A DNA stretch of 64,000 nucleotides from Eledone cirrhosa (taxonomy: Eukaryota). The translations under genes were made by a program, and so were the position numbers. Of this stretch, positions 12,135-25,480 are shown one piece after another. The notes below the pieces were generated by a model. It was not told where the DNA came from and searched no databases. It saw only the letters and a list, made by a program, of their open reading frames with translations. The stretch is from NCBI GenBank assembly GCA_964016885.1, contig OZ024740.1:434558001-434622000 (forward strand), given 5' to 3'. Position 1 is the stretch's first letter. Each line of letters begins with the position of its first letter.

Positions 12135-15100
12135 ATGGCTATGCTAAGAGTAGGCTGTTTAAATGCGCGTGGCCTGGGCTCAACTTGGAAGCAAGCAATG
12201 CTTCTAAATGACCTCAGGTCACAACGTATAGATGTGATGGTTATTTGCGAGGCCCGGATCAGCAACGTGCGACAGCTGGCCCCCACCTTTGATGACTTTG
12301 AGATGCACGCATCTCTCTGTCAGCCCGGAGGTGGGGGTGGAGTTGTCGTTCTGCTGCAAAAACATCTGGGTCTCGCAACACAGATGGTACATTTGGACCC
12401 GGAGGGTCGACTAGTGGTTCTGGACCTTGGCAGTGGTAAAGGCGGAGCGTTTAGGTTGGTAGCCGCCTACGGCCCTTTCGGGTCAATGCGGCCGGACTTC
12501 TTCCATCGTCTGGAGACTTTTCTAGGGACGTCCCGCTCCTTGCTATTAGTGGGGGACTGGAATGGTATCCTAGATGCACGCTGGGACTACGTAGGGGCCT
12601 GCCCCGATAGAGAGGGGTGTAATAGCCTCAAAGGGTTAATCGGTCGATTTGACCTGGCCGATAGATATCGACTAGATTTTCCGACTGCGCCAACCTGGAC
12701 TTGGGCAAATCGTAGCGGATCATCTAGGTCGTACCTAGATAGGTTCTTAGTTAGAATTAAGGATAAGGACTTTTTAAGTTGTCCAAAAATGCGCATGGTT
12801 GGCTATTCAGACCACAAATTAGTGACCTGCATGGTCAACCTTGACAGAACTCATAGACAGGGCCCCGGTTACTGGAAGCTCAACTTGTCCTTGCCGGCAA
12901 GTAGAGCCTACAGGAATCGGATTAGTATGTTAGTTAAGGAACGGTTGACTGGAGCGATCGTCAACAGCAGGTGGTGGGTATCTCTAAAGAGAGAGATTAG
13001 AGTAGTCTCGATAGAATTTAGTAAGGTTCTAGCTGCGGATAGGAAGGAAAGGGAGCTAATAGATAGAGTAGAAGAGGCAATTAGAAGCGGCGACGTGGCC
13101 AGAGTGCTAGCGTCAAGAATGGCTTTGAGCCAGTTTTTCGACGCGAAGCACGAAGGCTGCGTTGTCCGAAGTAAAATACGTGCTCTAGGGAACGAGGGGA
13201 CCAAAGCTGTTAGCTGGGCCCGCGTGACAGAGGCCAACAGTGGAACTAAATCCACCATCCGGTCTTTGCGAGACCTGGATGGACGGGCGATTCTTGAGAC
13301 TAAGCAGATGTGTGAGGCCTTTCAAAGGCACTTTGCCCGACTGTTCGGGAGGGGCGGGGAGCCGGTTGGGAACGTGGACTTCGGTCCATACCTCGACGGC
13401 CTGCCGCGCCTCTCGGACGGAGGCGAAGTCCTGCGAGGAGCCGATTTCGGCCGCTGAGATAGAGGACGTGCTGAGCCAATGCGGCAAACGCAAATCCTCG
13501 GGTCTCGATGGTCTTCCTTACGAATTATATCTAGCTATGCCGGACTTGTTCCCCGATCTCCTCGAGGCGGTCTACTGCAACTGGCAACAGAACGGGAGAA
13601 TTCCCTGTACTGTGACCAAGGGCGTAGTCACGCTAGTGAGGAAGGACGAGAACAAGGGGGACGAAATAAGTAACTTCAGGCCCATAACTCTGCTAAATAC
13701 AGAGTTACAGATTTTGGCCAAGGTGCTAGCAAAGAGGTTGGCACTTGTCGTGGGGAACCTGGTGGGAGATGCGCAGACATGCGCTATCCCGTCCAGGTCC
13801 ATCCATGACAACCTCCACCTCATGCGATACATCATAGAGAGGGTTGGGAACGAACCCGGCTTTGGTGGGGCTCTGATCAACTTGGATCAATCTAAGGCGT
13901 TCGATAGGGTCGACCATGGTTACCTGGATGCGGTGCTAGCGGCGGCAGGCTTCGGACCCGTTTTCAGGGGCTGGATCACTGCTATGCACAGCAGCCGCAT
14001 CTGCTCTAGGGTCAAGGTGAACGGCTACCTCTCGGAGCCGTTCAAAATCGCGCGGTCCATCCGACAAGGGTGCCCTCTCTCCTCCCTTCTGTATGTGTTG
14101 ACTCTCGAGCCACTACTGCGGAAGTTGGAGTTGTTGCAGGGCATCCCTTTGGAACCGGGATTGCGGAAAGCGGTGTCGGCCTACGCCGATGACGTGACAG
14201 TAATGGTGTCGACGGCCTCCGAAATCGAGGCGGTCGGCACCTTACTGGAGGAGTACGAAAAGTTCACAGGGGCTAAGCTGAACCGGGACAAGTCGATCGG
14301 TTTGTAACTCGGCACGTGGAGGGGCAGACCGATGCCCTCCGATGGCGTCGTCGGACGCTGGACGGAGGGCCCGGTGAAGTTGCTCGGGGTCTGGTTCGGA
14401 CCGGACCTCCAGGTGGAGAAAAACTGGGCGGAGGTTACGAACAGTGTGTTTGCACTGACCCAGAAGTGGGCCAGTTGCAAACTATCCCTGAAAGGTCGGG
14501 CGGAGGTGGCGAACACCTACATAGCGTCCGTCATCTACTACCGCCTGACCGTAGTGCCCTGCCCAAGGGAAACCCTCACCAAGATGGAGCGCGCGCTCTT
14601 CCAATTCCTTTGGAAGAGGCGGGCTCCTATGGTGAGGAGATCCATCTGCTGTCAACACCCTTCGAAAGGAGGGCTGGGGATGCCGTGGCTAATGATGCGT
14701 AAACACGCATTAAGGCTACGGCACCTCTACGTATTCCTCACCGGACAACCGGTGTGGGCCTCGTTTGTGAGACGAACCTTTCCCAGACTCGTCTCACTCA
14801 CCGAGCTGCAATCCTGGGTCAAGCAAAGACCGAGAAAACTGGGCGCCTGGCACACTGAGTGTACTCAGGCGCTCACCGCCCTCTGGCAGGCGGATCCGGT
14901 TATCAGTGGAGACTCCACCGCAACATTCTATAGAGGGCTGGTACGCAGCAGGTGCGACGACGCCCTCGGAGAAGCCCTAGACATGGAGGAGGACGAACTG
15001 GCCAGCCTGTTCGGTAGGACATTCAGCCCGGGACCTATGGACAACTTCCAGAAGTCCCTGGCCTGGCAGTGCTACCGAGGAGCTTTACCCGTTTGAGAAA

Positions 15101-15564
15101 GGCTCTACAGACACGGGCGCCCGGGTAGGGACCCCGCCAAAAAGATCTGTCCCAGATGCGTGTGCGACGAGGAAACCGTTGCACACGCATTGGTACACTG
15201 CTCGGGCGTAGCCGATCTGTGGGGCTATGTCGAACAACTGCTGTCAAGGGTGGGACCGATCCGGTTGACCACCGAGTCTATTGTAATGATCAAGCCGCCT
15301 CCCCCCTTCAAAGATGAAGCAGAGGCGGTGTTTCTGTGCGTAATAGCCATGGCGAAAGAGGTTGTATGGTGGACGCGTCTGAAAGGACTGAGGTCAGGCA
15401 CCTTTCTCTCTGGCCAACAACTGGTCCGTTTCTTCCGATATCATTTCGGAAGAAGGATCAGGATGGAGAGAGAGGTGCTGCACCCCAGTCGTTTTTATGA
15501 AAGGTGGGTGAAAGTGGCGAGAATGGCCCGTGTGAATGGGCCTTCTCTTTACATGAGCCTGTAG
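12135..15564 (+). pseudogene. Tx1 ORF2 (APE endonuclease, RT, C-terminal zinc-binding motif), disrupted
   Basis: LNARGL, GDWN, YLDRF, SDH; FRPITLLN, DQSKAFD, RQGCPLS, YADD; CPRC..ETVAHALVHC. Frameshift near 13416; stops at 14305 and 15094. Confidence 0.93.
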
Positions 15565-15895
15565 GTGGAAAAGAGGAAGGAACGAGGGAGCACCCCCTCT
15601 CTGTGCTCCTGAGGAAAAGGGTTGCACACTTTTTTCGGGGGTGTGTGTGACCCCCCCAAGGCGCCTCCTCTCTATTGAGGATTTTGTTATAAATTTTATT
15701 TTTTGTTATATTTTATAACAAAATCCTCTATTGAGGATTTTGTTATAATTCTATTTTTTGTTATATTTTATTTTATTTTTATATATTGTTATTGCCTCCT
15801 CCCTATTGAGGACGCCTTGTTTTGTAAACTCCCCCCATTGTACTTGTCCCACTTTTGATGCCCTTGTGGCAAATAAAAGAAACATATCTATCTCT

Positions 15896-18563
15896 CTGCG
15901 TGAAACTTGCTGTGTAAGTTCTGCTTAAATTTCTATAGAAATTCTTGACTGTAAACTTTCATTTTTGTACCATTTTGTAGAAGGACTGCCAGGTCAAATT
16001 TTGATCTGGTCAGTCTCTCAAAATATTCTACGCCTTTAGGCGAAATAGTTAACAAAAAGTTTTTTTTTTGAAAAGCTGACGTTGCCATGGCAACAAAGCA
16101 AACAACCAGCAACAACAACAATGCTACAAACGAAAACAACACCAACAACAATAACAATAACAACAAGACCAATAACTGTGATAACAACAACACCAACAGC
16201 AACACAAACAAGGAAAAGGTCTCCTTCGCCCAGACGGCAAGGAAAACCCTCGACTATCTGCCAGTAGATATAACCAAAGCGAAGGAGCTACTGGCAGATG
16301 CCAAAAAATACATAATGTACAAGGAAAATGGATCATTTTCAATCCACTCCCAGAACTAAAAAGCCAGAGACTCCTAAGCACTGTCATGTTTAGGACAATC
16401 TCAAACAAAAGCAAAAAACCAGCTCAATCATCACAGAGTGAGATAGAGCTGGTTTTAAAAGATGTCATGAAAGACATCATATTCATTCAGAAGGATAGAC
16501 TCTACGGGAGTCTATCCATTCTCATGAAGGACAGGGAAACGGCAGTGAAACTGTCCATAAAACCAATTACATCCACCGCATACACCTTCTACCCTACGTA
16601 CATGGGTAGAAGGACACAAAAAATAAAAATTCACACCATCCTGCCGATTATGGACATATGGTGGGTATTGACATGTTTTCTGGACCTGGAGGATGACACA
16701 CTAATATCCATGGGAAAGGCATCGGGTGACGCGTTCAGTGGAACGAGCCTCGAACTTGTAGTTCAAATGAGGCCCGAAAGGATCGCCCAGATCCCTGAAC
16801 GCATCATACTGGATGATCAAACTTTTTATCAACATTACCATTGAGGGTAGGCAGCCCTCGTGTTACCCCTATGGAGCCAGAGGTCACCTGAGGGCTGTCT
16901 GTCCTCAACTTAATAAGAAAACCCCAATCCTGCCTACACCACCAACAACTGCACAACCAACACAACCACCACTACAAAAACAACAACCAGAGCTCAAACC
17001 AAAACAAAACAATGTCCAACCCATCTCCCCCCACTAAAAAAAAAACAATTTCCAAAACACCCGCACCGCAAACACAGCCAGAAAATATACCCTCCCCTCC
17101 AATGCGGAAGATGACCCTCGTTCGTCGTCAGACGAGGAGGAGCACTTCCTAACAACCAAAAAAAAAAAAAACACACCTCAGACACACAAATGAAAACAAC
17201 CCCTCCCCAAAACACAACACTGACACCAACACAAAAGAGCTCACAACAACAGCAAACAAAAAACACCACACAAAAACAAAAACATGCATACACATACATA
17301 AACACAAGAAATAAAAAACTGCTAAACATTGTGTACAACAACAATTTAATAAAAACCCAAGGGCCTAACTTCACCCAGGCAGGGGATTTCCCCCACCTCA
17401 AAATGATTAAGTCCCCAGAGGACACATATAAAACACTAAAAAACAACTTTAAAGAGGACGTCTCCCCCCCTGCGTCGGGCCCATTAACCGCGTCCTCCTA
17501 AAAAACTTCCCCACCACCTCCGCAAACACCCACACAACTCCAAACACCCCAACCACACAACACACTGATGCCCCTACACTTCCACAAACCACCACCCCAC
17601 CCTCATGGCAATTGTGCAGCCCGATACCCGGGACGCAGAGAGGTAAGTGCCTTTTCTCTTCACCACCAACATGGCTATGCTAAGAGTAGGCTGTCTAAAT
17701 TCGCGTGGCCTGGGCTCAACTTGGAAGCAAGCAATGCTTCTAAATGACCTCAGGTCACAACGTATAGATGTGATGGTTATTTGCGAGGCCCGGATCAGCA
17801 ACGTGCGACAGCTGGCCCCCACCTTTAATGACTTTGAGATGCACGCATCTCTGTCAGCCCGGAGGTGGGAGTGGGTTGTCGTTCTGCTGCAAAAACATCT
17901 GGGTCTCGCAACACAGATGGTACATTTGGACCCGGAAGATCGACTAGTGGTTCTGGACCTTGGCAGTGGTGAAGGCGGAGCGTTTAGGTTGGTAGCCGTC
18001 TACGGCCCTTTCGGGTCAATGCGGCCGGACTTCTTCCATCGTCTGGAGACTTTTCTAGGGACGTCCCGCTCCTTTCTATTAGTGGGGGACTGGAATGGTA
18101 TCCTAGATGCACGCTGGGACTACGTAGGGGCCTGTCCCGATAGAGAGGGGTGTAATAGCCTCAAAGGGTTAATCGGTCGATTTGACCTGGCCGATAGATA
18201 TCGACTAGATTTTCCGACTCCGCCAACCTGGACTTGGGCAAACCGCAGCGGATCATCTAGGTCGTACCTAGATAGGTTCTTAGTTAGAAATAAGGATAAG
18301 GACTTTTTAAGTTGTCCAAAAATGCGCATGGTTGGCTCTTCAGACCACAAGTTAGTGACCTGCATGGTCAACCTTGACAGAACGCATAGACAGGGACCCG
18401 GTTACTGGAAGCTCAACTTGTCCTTACCGGCAAGTAAGGCTTACAGGGACCGGATTAGCACTTTAGTTAAGGAGCGGTTGACGGGCGCCATCGTCAACAG
18501 CAGGTGGTGGGGATCTCTCAAAAGAGAGATTAGAGTAGTCTCTATAGAATTTAGTAAGGATTT
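15896..18563 (+). mobile_element. Tx1 family A copy 2 (frameshifted ORF1 plus APE; 3'-truncated)
   Basis: Colinear with copy 1 from the 5'UTR to the end of the APE domain; stops abruptly at a TA run. Confidence 0.92.
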
Positions 18564-18628
18564 AGCCTCATATATATATATATATTAATTCAAAATATTA
18601 ACAAAATAGATATTCTTGTGATCAATTA

Positions 18629-18695
18629 TATTTTATTATACATATTTCAGAGGTACTGAGTTAACTTCAACAGTACATCCTCATCAGATAAAATA
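18629..18695 (-). ncRNA. Minimal type-I hammerhead ribozyme candidate
   Basis: Minus strand: TATTTTAT-CTGATGA-stem II (GGATGTACTG..CAGTACCTCT)-GAAA-TATGT-ATA-ATAAAATA. 8-bp stem I, AUA triplet. Confidence 0.7.
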
Positions 18696-19687
18696 AGATG
18701 ATGCATGACATACCCTGAAATAGTAGATGGTTAAGGTTCAGTCATGGTATTTTGTTAATATTTTGAATTAATATTAATAACTCTGGAAAACCTTTTTAAC
18801 TGTTGAGTGCTTCCAATCTATTGTAAAACTCATTCTTTGATGTATTCATTGAACCTTGTTTAACTTTTAAATATATATATATTTGCATACATGTATGTAT
18901 AATTGTGGAAAGTGTCCTTAAAGTATACATGTTTGCCAAACATATTATTTGAGACTAACTCCTTGAAACCCACTCAAATGTCATTAATATATGTAATAAG
19001 TCAACACTTTGTGACTTTTCCTCTGTAAAAATCTACCCTGCTTTACTGTTGTTGATGAACCTTCTATAGTGTGACACTATTAAAATATTGCAAGTATGTA
19101 TTTGGTAGACAGTTATGACAAATTAGACATCATCATCATCGGCATCACTGTTTAATGTCCATTTTTCCAGGCTAGTTTAGATGTAATTCTATTATATAGT
19201 GTTCATATCTCCAAAGAAGGAATCATGTTCTTTCTCTCCTTATGGCACATCACTTCTCTGAACTCTGTCACTGTTAATATGTCTCTTGTATCACTCTTTG
19301 AAATAATTGTCTTTTTACATTTGTTTCTTAACAGATTCTTTGTAAGTGATGTTGTGCCACGTGACAGGGGAAGTGTGCCATGGGGTTTTAGATTTCTGTC
19401 AGGATATTTGTGAATGAACAAATGTCATCTAGGGAGAGTTCAGGAAGCTTATATAATTATCTTGTCACATTCGTTGTATGTCGACACTGCCAGAAATAAT
19501 AATCTGCCTCTGTTTGTCACCAACTTTTAATAATTTCATGTCATTTCTCTTTTTACTTTCTTCTATATTTCATTAAAAAATATTTCTTGTTTTTGCAGTG
19601 TTTTAATAACTTGTCAATAACTCCCCTTGTTAGACTCCCTCAACAGTTGACACATATCAAACAATAGTTGAGGACTAACAGTTAAAA

Positions 19688-20327
19688 TAGTGGCATTGGT
19701 GGTAGTAGTAGTAGTGGTGGTGGTGGTAGTAATGGTAGTGGTGGTGGTGGTGGTGGTAGTGGTAGTAATGGTAGTAGTAGTGGTAGTAGTGGTGGTGGTA
19801 GTAATGGTAGTAGTGGTGGTGGTGGTCGTAGTAGTGGAATTGGTGGTAGTAGTAGTAGTGGTGGTGGTAGTAATGGTAATAGTAGTGGCATTAGTAGTGG
19901 TGGTGGCATTAGTGGTAGTAGTAGTAGTAGTGGTGGTGGTATTGGTAGTAGTGGTAGTAGTAGTAGTAGTGGTGGTGGTGGTGGTGGTGGTATTGGTAGT
20001 AGTGGTGGTGGTGGTATTGGTAGTAGTAGTAGTAGTGGTGGAGGTAATGGGAGTAGTGGCATTAGTGGTAGTAGTGGCATTAATAGTAGTAGTAGTGACA
20101 TTGGTAGTAGTAGTAGTATTGGTAGTAGTATAGTAGAAGTGGTGGTAGTGGTATTGGTAGTAGTATAGTAGTAGTGGTAGTGGTATTGGTAGTAATAGTG
20201 GTATTGGTGGTAGTAGTAGTGGTATTGGTAGTAGTCGTATTAGGTAGTAGTATTGGTAGTAGTAGTAGTAGTGGTATTAGGTAGTAGTAATAGTGGTGGT
20301 AGTAGTAATAGTAGTGGCATTAGTAGT
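19688..20327. repeat. (GTA/GTG)n trinucleotide low-complexity tract
   Basis: Seen directly; source of the poly-Val and poly-Pro ORFs. Confidence 0.97.
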
Positions 20328-20850
20328 TGATGGGAAGTAGCTATAGCAGAAGCTGACCAAAGAAGATATATGCAACAAACTGGTCAGATAGGATTTGAGA
20401 ATATCAGGGGCCCTCACAGATAACTTAGGATCAAAACAAGCAACTATATGCAGGACTGCATATAGTTGCTTTTACCAACATAGGGAGGGTGTGTGTGGGG
20501 CTTTACCAGTGTAGGGAAGGTGTTTAAGGGAATCAGCCATGGTAACTGTACAGCATGACTGAGCCAGAGAGAGTTAAGGGAGTTAGCCATGATGGCACAA
20601 TATGAACCATTGACCTTAAACAACTGATATTCAAAGAAACATACAGACAGCCCATCCTAGCCATGCTAGCGTGGAAGATGGGCGTTAAAAGATGACAGAG
20701 ACACTGTAAAACAAATATATGCCTCACACATATTGCAGGTTATTTATATTAAATAAATTTCAGGGAATAAATATACTTAAGAGATGAACTCCCCAGAGTC
20801 AACAGCCATCCACCCCAACTATTGGTTAAATAGCCTCACCACCCTGTAAT

Positions 20851-21121
20851 TGGTCAGGTGTGGTACAGCTACACCTCTGACATGGCCAGGTGTGGTGACT
20901 ACAGCTACACCTCTGACATGGCCAGGTGTGGTAACTATAGCTACACCTCTGACATGGCCAGGTGTGGTAACTATAGCTACACCTCTGACATGGCCAGGTG
21001 TGGTAACTATAGCTACACCTCTGACATGGCCAGGTGTGGTCAGCTACACCTCTAACATGGCCAGGTGTGGTACAGCTACACCTCTAACATGGCCAGGTGT
21101 GGTACAGCTACACCTCTGACC
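20851..21121. repeat. 30-36-bp minisatellite TGGCCAGGTGTGGT(AACT)ACAGCTACACCTCTGACA, about 8 units
   Basis: Tandem units seen directly; each has an internal AGGTGT..ACACCT inverted repeat. Confidence 0.95.
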
Positions 21122-21967
21122 AAAACCAAACAGAAAGTAGTGGAGGTCAACCATGGTGGGGGCCCTCCTCCAGGGAAAAGGTCCCGGAATGCATTGGATA
21201 CTTCAGGAAATACAAAATATGTCCACACACACTCCTTGTTATTTTATATAAAGTATTATTTAGACCAATGGTTCTCAAACCATTTCAGCCCCCGTACCAT
21301 ATTTTTCCATTTTTCAATACACTACTGATTGTGAAACCAGTAGATTACTGGGCCAAATCAAATTATGTTAGAATCTTTAAAAAATACTCGTACAAATTAA
21401 ATACAAAAAGTTTCAGTCCAAAACAAAAGCAAGCTATTTCAAATTATATATTTAGGAAAAAAAAAAAAAAAAAGATTTGATCTCAGTCTAAAAAGCTTCT
21501 TTTTTTTTTAAATTCTATATTTCACTGTTAGCTGTTGTAATATTTTGAGTGGATAGACATTTCTACAATTGAAACTGTAAAGTCAAAATACAAAAGATGT
21601 AAAATATGAAGAATTTCTTACCTTTCTCTGAAATCACAAACTCAGGGGGAAAAATAGTACCTTGCAAAATAAAATACCTTGTAGCAAAATAAAATACTTA
21701 GCAACGAATGAATTGAGAAGCTTGGTGACAGTGAGAAAGCCATATCTGTATCCCTTATATATATACATAGATAGATACACACACGCACACACATAAACGT
21801 GCACACACACACAAACTTGTGTGTGTGTACCAAAACCGAGGCACACACACAAACGTGTGTGTGCCTTGGTTTTGGTATAGAATTTTCTCTCCAGTTTTTA
21901 TTGCCAGATCACAGGCCATTGCTCTTTTCAACAACGCCAAATAACAACACCATGTATATATATATAT

Positions 21968-22570
21968 ATGAGATTCTACAGGACTAGAACTGTTTCATTC
22001 TTTAGAAATCATCAGGAATCTGGGTATCAAAAAATAAGTATGGTATTTATAGGTCTCTACAAGTGGTAGGAGAGGGTGGGGAGTGGGATGGGTGTAGGTC
22101 ATTGGTTGATAGAAAAGGGAATTCATTAAAAGCTAATTCTACAAAGCTATAGTTTATTTTTATTTTTAGAGTAACAAAGGCAGAAAGAATTCTATAAACA
22201 GGTTCAGGATGGGGTGCCACTCCTTATTATTAAGTTTCTCTTAAGCTAACAGGTGTCTATAAGATCAGTGGGGGTCAGTCATGGTAGATAGATTTAAAGG
22301 AAAGGGAGATTCTTTAAAAGCTAAATTCTTTAAGGTTCTACTAAGTGACAAAGGTTTAGAGAATTCTGTAGACAAATTCAAAATATTGAGTGCATATCTT
22401 ACAATTATCTTCAAATTTCTCTTAAACTATTCAACTATATGCCAAAAATCAACAGACACATTCACAAAACACACTCACTCACACACTCGCGCGCACCCAT
22501 AAACACACATACACATATACACATATACACACACACACATATAAATATATTTATATATATATATATATAT
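21968..22570 (-). mobile_element. Non-coding hammerhead-bearing repeat (Penelope pLTR/retrozyme-like), inverted copy of 31130-31710
   Basis: Near-identical reverse complement of 31130-31710. A further piece at 23353-23400 matches 31000-31050. Confidence 0.8.
21971..22021 (-). ncRNA. Type-I hammerhead ribozyme
   Basis: Reverse complement of the fold at 31657-31707. Confidence 0.8.
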
Positions 22571-22579
22571 AAGGAAAAA

Positions 22580-23238
22580 AAAAGGAAAAAATTAGAAATA
22601 AGAGGGATCAGATGTTGTTTACTAGAGAGAAGGCTACGTTGATATGGTCACGTGATGCGCATGAAGGACGATAGCTGTATAACAAAGTGCAGGGCAATAA
22701 AGATAGACGGTAGCCACGGAATAGGCAGACCCAGAAAAACCTGGGACGAGCTGATAAACTCCGACCTCACACAGTTACACCTCACCAAGACAATGTCACT
22801 GGACCGAGACCTTTGGCGGTACTCAGTAATAGAGAAGACCCGCCTTACCTAAATACAAAGTAAAACCTACTACAGTCAGTAGGCTCTCTAACAAAATACA
22901 CCCCCGTCCCACCACCCCCACCCCATCCACACCGCCCCCTCTATGTAAAGTTATGTTGGTGCCACACCATCGAGGCCGAAACAAATGAGATCGTGTAGGT
23001 GTCACGACAAAAAAACACACAGTCCACGCTGTAATGTGGCCGTGTAGGTAACACGGTAAAAACCTCCCAGACCCACACTGTAAATGTGGTTGGTGTTAGG
23101 AAGGGCATCCAACTGTAGAAAACCTGCCAGACAGTCCTATGCGAGCAAGACAATCACTCTTGCCTCAAGTGGGAAAACCCCCGTCCAAACCCATGCAAGC
23201 GTGGAACACGGACGTTAAACGATGATGATGATGATGAT
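22580..23238 (+). mobile_element. RTE family B 5'-truncated copy (ORF end, 3'UTR, (GAT)n tail)
   Basis: Matches 63650-64000 (RKKLEIRGIRCCLLERRLR...EKTRLT); inserted in a TA/CA microsatellite. Confidence 0.92.
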
Positions 23239-23266
23239 ATATACATACACACACATACATACACAC

Positions 23267-23311
<45 letters not shown>

Positions 23312-23468
23312 TATATATATATATACACACACACACACATATACACATATATAATGAAAAATTGAACGGGAACAAAACAGAGAGGCAGTACAAACAAATG
23401 TTTATTAATTTCACGCTCTTGAGAGTGGGGTCACACATATATATACACACATACACCATACATACATA

Positions 23469-23550
<82 letters not shown>

Positions 23551-23587
23551 TACATATATAAATATATATATACACATACATATACAC

Positions 23588-23620
<33 letters not shown>

Positions 23621-23621
23621 T

Positions 23622-23701
<80 letters not shown>

Positions 23702-23762
23702 TATATATATATACACATATATACACATTCATACATATATACACACTCACACACATATATAT

Positions 23763-23799
<37 letters not shown>

Positions 23800-23935
23800 A
23801 ACATATATACACACATATATATATATATACATACACATACATATATATATATATACATATACATATATACACATACACACAAATATACAAACACATACGT
23901 ACACACATACACACACACATACACACATATGTATA

Positions 23936-25480
23936 CACGGTTTCGGAAAAACTTAAGCTCATTCTTCTCTAATCTAGGATTTAGTATAACTATAGAATCT
24001 AATTTGACTAGAGCCAACTTCTTGGATGTCACCCTCGACCTAGATACTTCCCTCTATTACCCGTACCACAAACCTAACGAGTCCCTTAGATATATTAATG
24101 TTAATTCAAACCACCCCCAAAACATCACTGATAACTTAGTAAAAAGCGTCTCTATTAGAATATCTGGCCTCTCCGCCAACAAAGATATTTTTAACGCATC
24201 TGCCTCCTACTACAATGACGCCCTCGCCCGCAGCGGATTTAAAGAAAAGATAACATACCTAGAAACCACCGCAAGATTGCAGAGGAGGAATAGACATAGG
24301 CAGATTAGCTGGTACAACCCTCCTTCAATAGAGAGGTCTCTACTCCGATAGCTAGGATTTTCTTCACTTTGCTGAAATTACACTTCCCCATACAACATAG
24401 GTACCACACCATCTTTAATAAGAACACAATAAGATTCTCCTACTCCACCACACCTAACCTAGCTAGGAATATAGCCAACCACAATTCTAAAAAATTAAAT
24501 AAGCCAACCACAATTCTAAAAAATTAAATAAGCCAACCACCTCCGAACCCAATCCCTGGACTGGGGCTCTGTATAATTGCCTAAATAAGGAAGCATGCCC
24601 ACTTGAAAACAAATGCCTCACAAATGATATCGTATACAAATGTGATGTCATCTCAGGCACCGATGATTGCAAAAAAACGTACATCGACATGACCTCCAAC
24701 AACTTTAAGACCCGTTGGTATGCCCATACCCACTCCTTTAGAAGACCGGACAAATCAAACCAGACAACACTTGCCTCCTATGTTTGGGACCTCAAAAGGA
24801 ACTCCACCCCTTCACGCTTAAATGGAAAATACTCCAGAAAGCGCGCTCTTACAACGGAGGACACAAGGGCTGCGACTTTTGTATCTCAGAGAGTTACGAA
24901 ATTTTATTCGCCAAGGGCCTGCTACTGAACAAACTCTCTGAACACTGCCAGAACTGCATGCACAAGAACTTTGCAACTTTCAAACACTTTAAGCCAGTGT
25001 TAAAGCCCGATGGCTAAAAATGACCTCCTCCTATTGGTCCCTATACCTCCTTCCCACCCTACCCCCACCCCTCCTCAACCTGAAATACGGCCACTATGGT
25101 TATGTGAGTACCTCTTACCTATCTACATTTTCTGCCTGTACAGCTGTTTTTATGTGCCTGTGTATATGCGTATATTTATTGAGTACTTATTTATTTGTAT
25201 GTGTATATATATGTGTGTATATGTATGTGTATGTATATGTATGTATGTGTATGTGTGCACATGTATATGTGTATGTGTGTGTATATATATACATTTTACA
25301 TATATATATATATACATACATATATCAATGCTTGCGTGGACCCCTCTTAAAGATTCGTTGGATTTTCTAATTGGATACCCCGAAACTGGATACCAATCAC
25401 TGAATACACCTGAACTTCTACCAGGAAATCTTTCGTATCAGTGAAATTTTCTTTTCTTTGCTTCATATATATTATATATA
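23936..25480 (+). mobile_element. Penelope-like element fragment (RT thumb plus GIY-YIG endonuclease), probably Naiad-type, decayed
   Basis: [19 protein letters not shown]; ISWYNPP; (Y)NCLNKEACPLENKC; IVY..TYID; FKTRW..H; CDFCISE..LLN..CMH. Frameshifts and a 29-bp duplication near 24471-24538. Confidence 0.88.

Larger units (their letters stand above)
10112..15884 (+). mobile_element. Tx1/L1-clade non-LTR retrotransposon, family A copy 1 (near full length)
   Basis: ORF1, APE-RT-zinc-finger ORF2 and AATAAA at 15872. Flanked by TATCTATCTCT at 10101-10111 and 15885-15895. Confidence 0.93.

Noticed and set aside
19682-20133. Poly-Val and poly-Pro/Leu ORFs
   Set aside because: Trinucleotide low-complexity tract.
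20851-21121. 36-bp hairpin repeats resembling CRISPR direct repeats
   Set aside because: Units abut with no spacers; ordinary minisatellite.
25340-25410. Hammerhead in the 3' region of the Penelope-like fragment
   Set aside because: Only GAAACTGGATACCAATC resembles stem III; no intact CUGANGA and no stem I.
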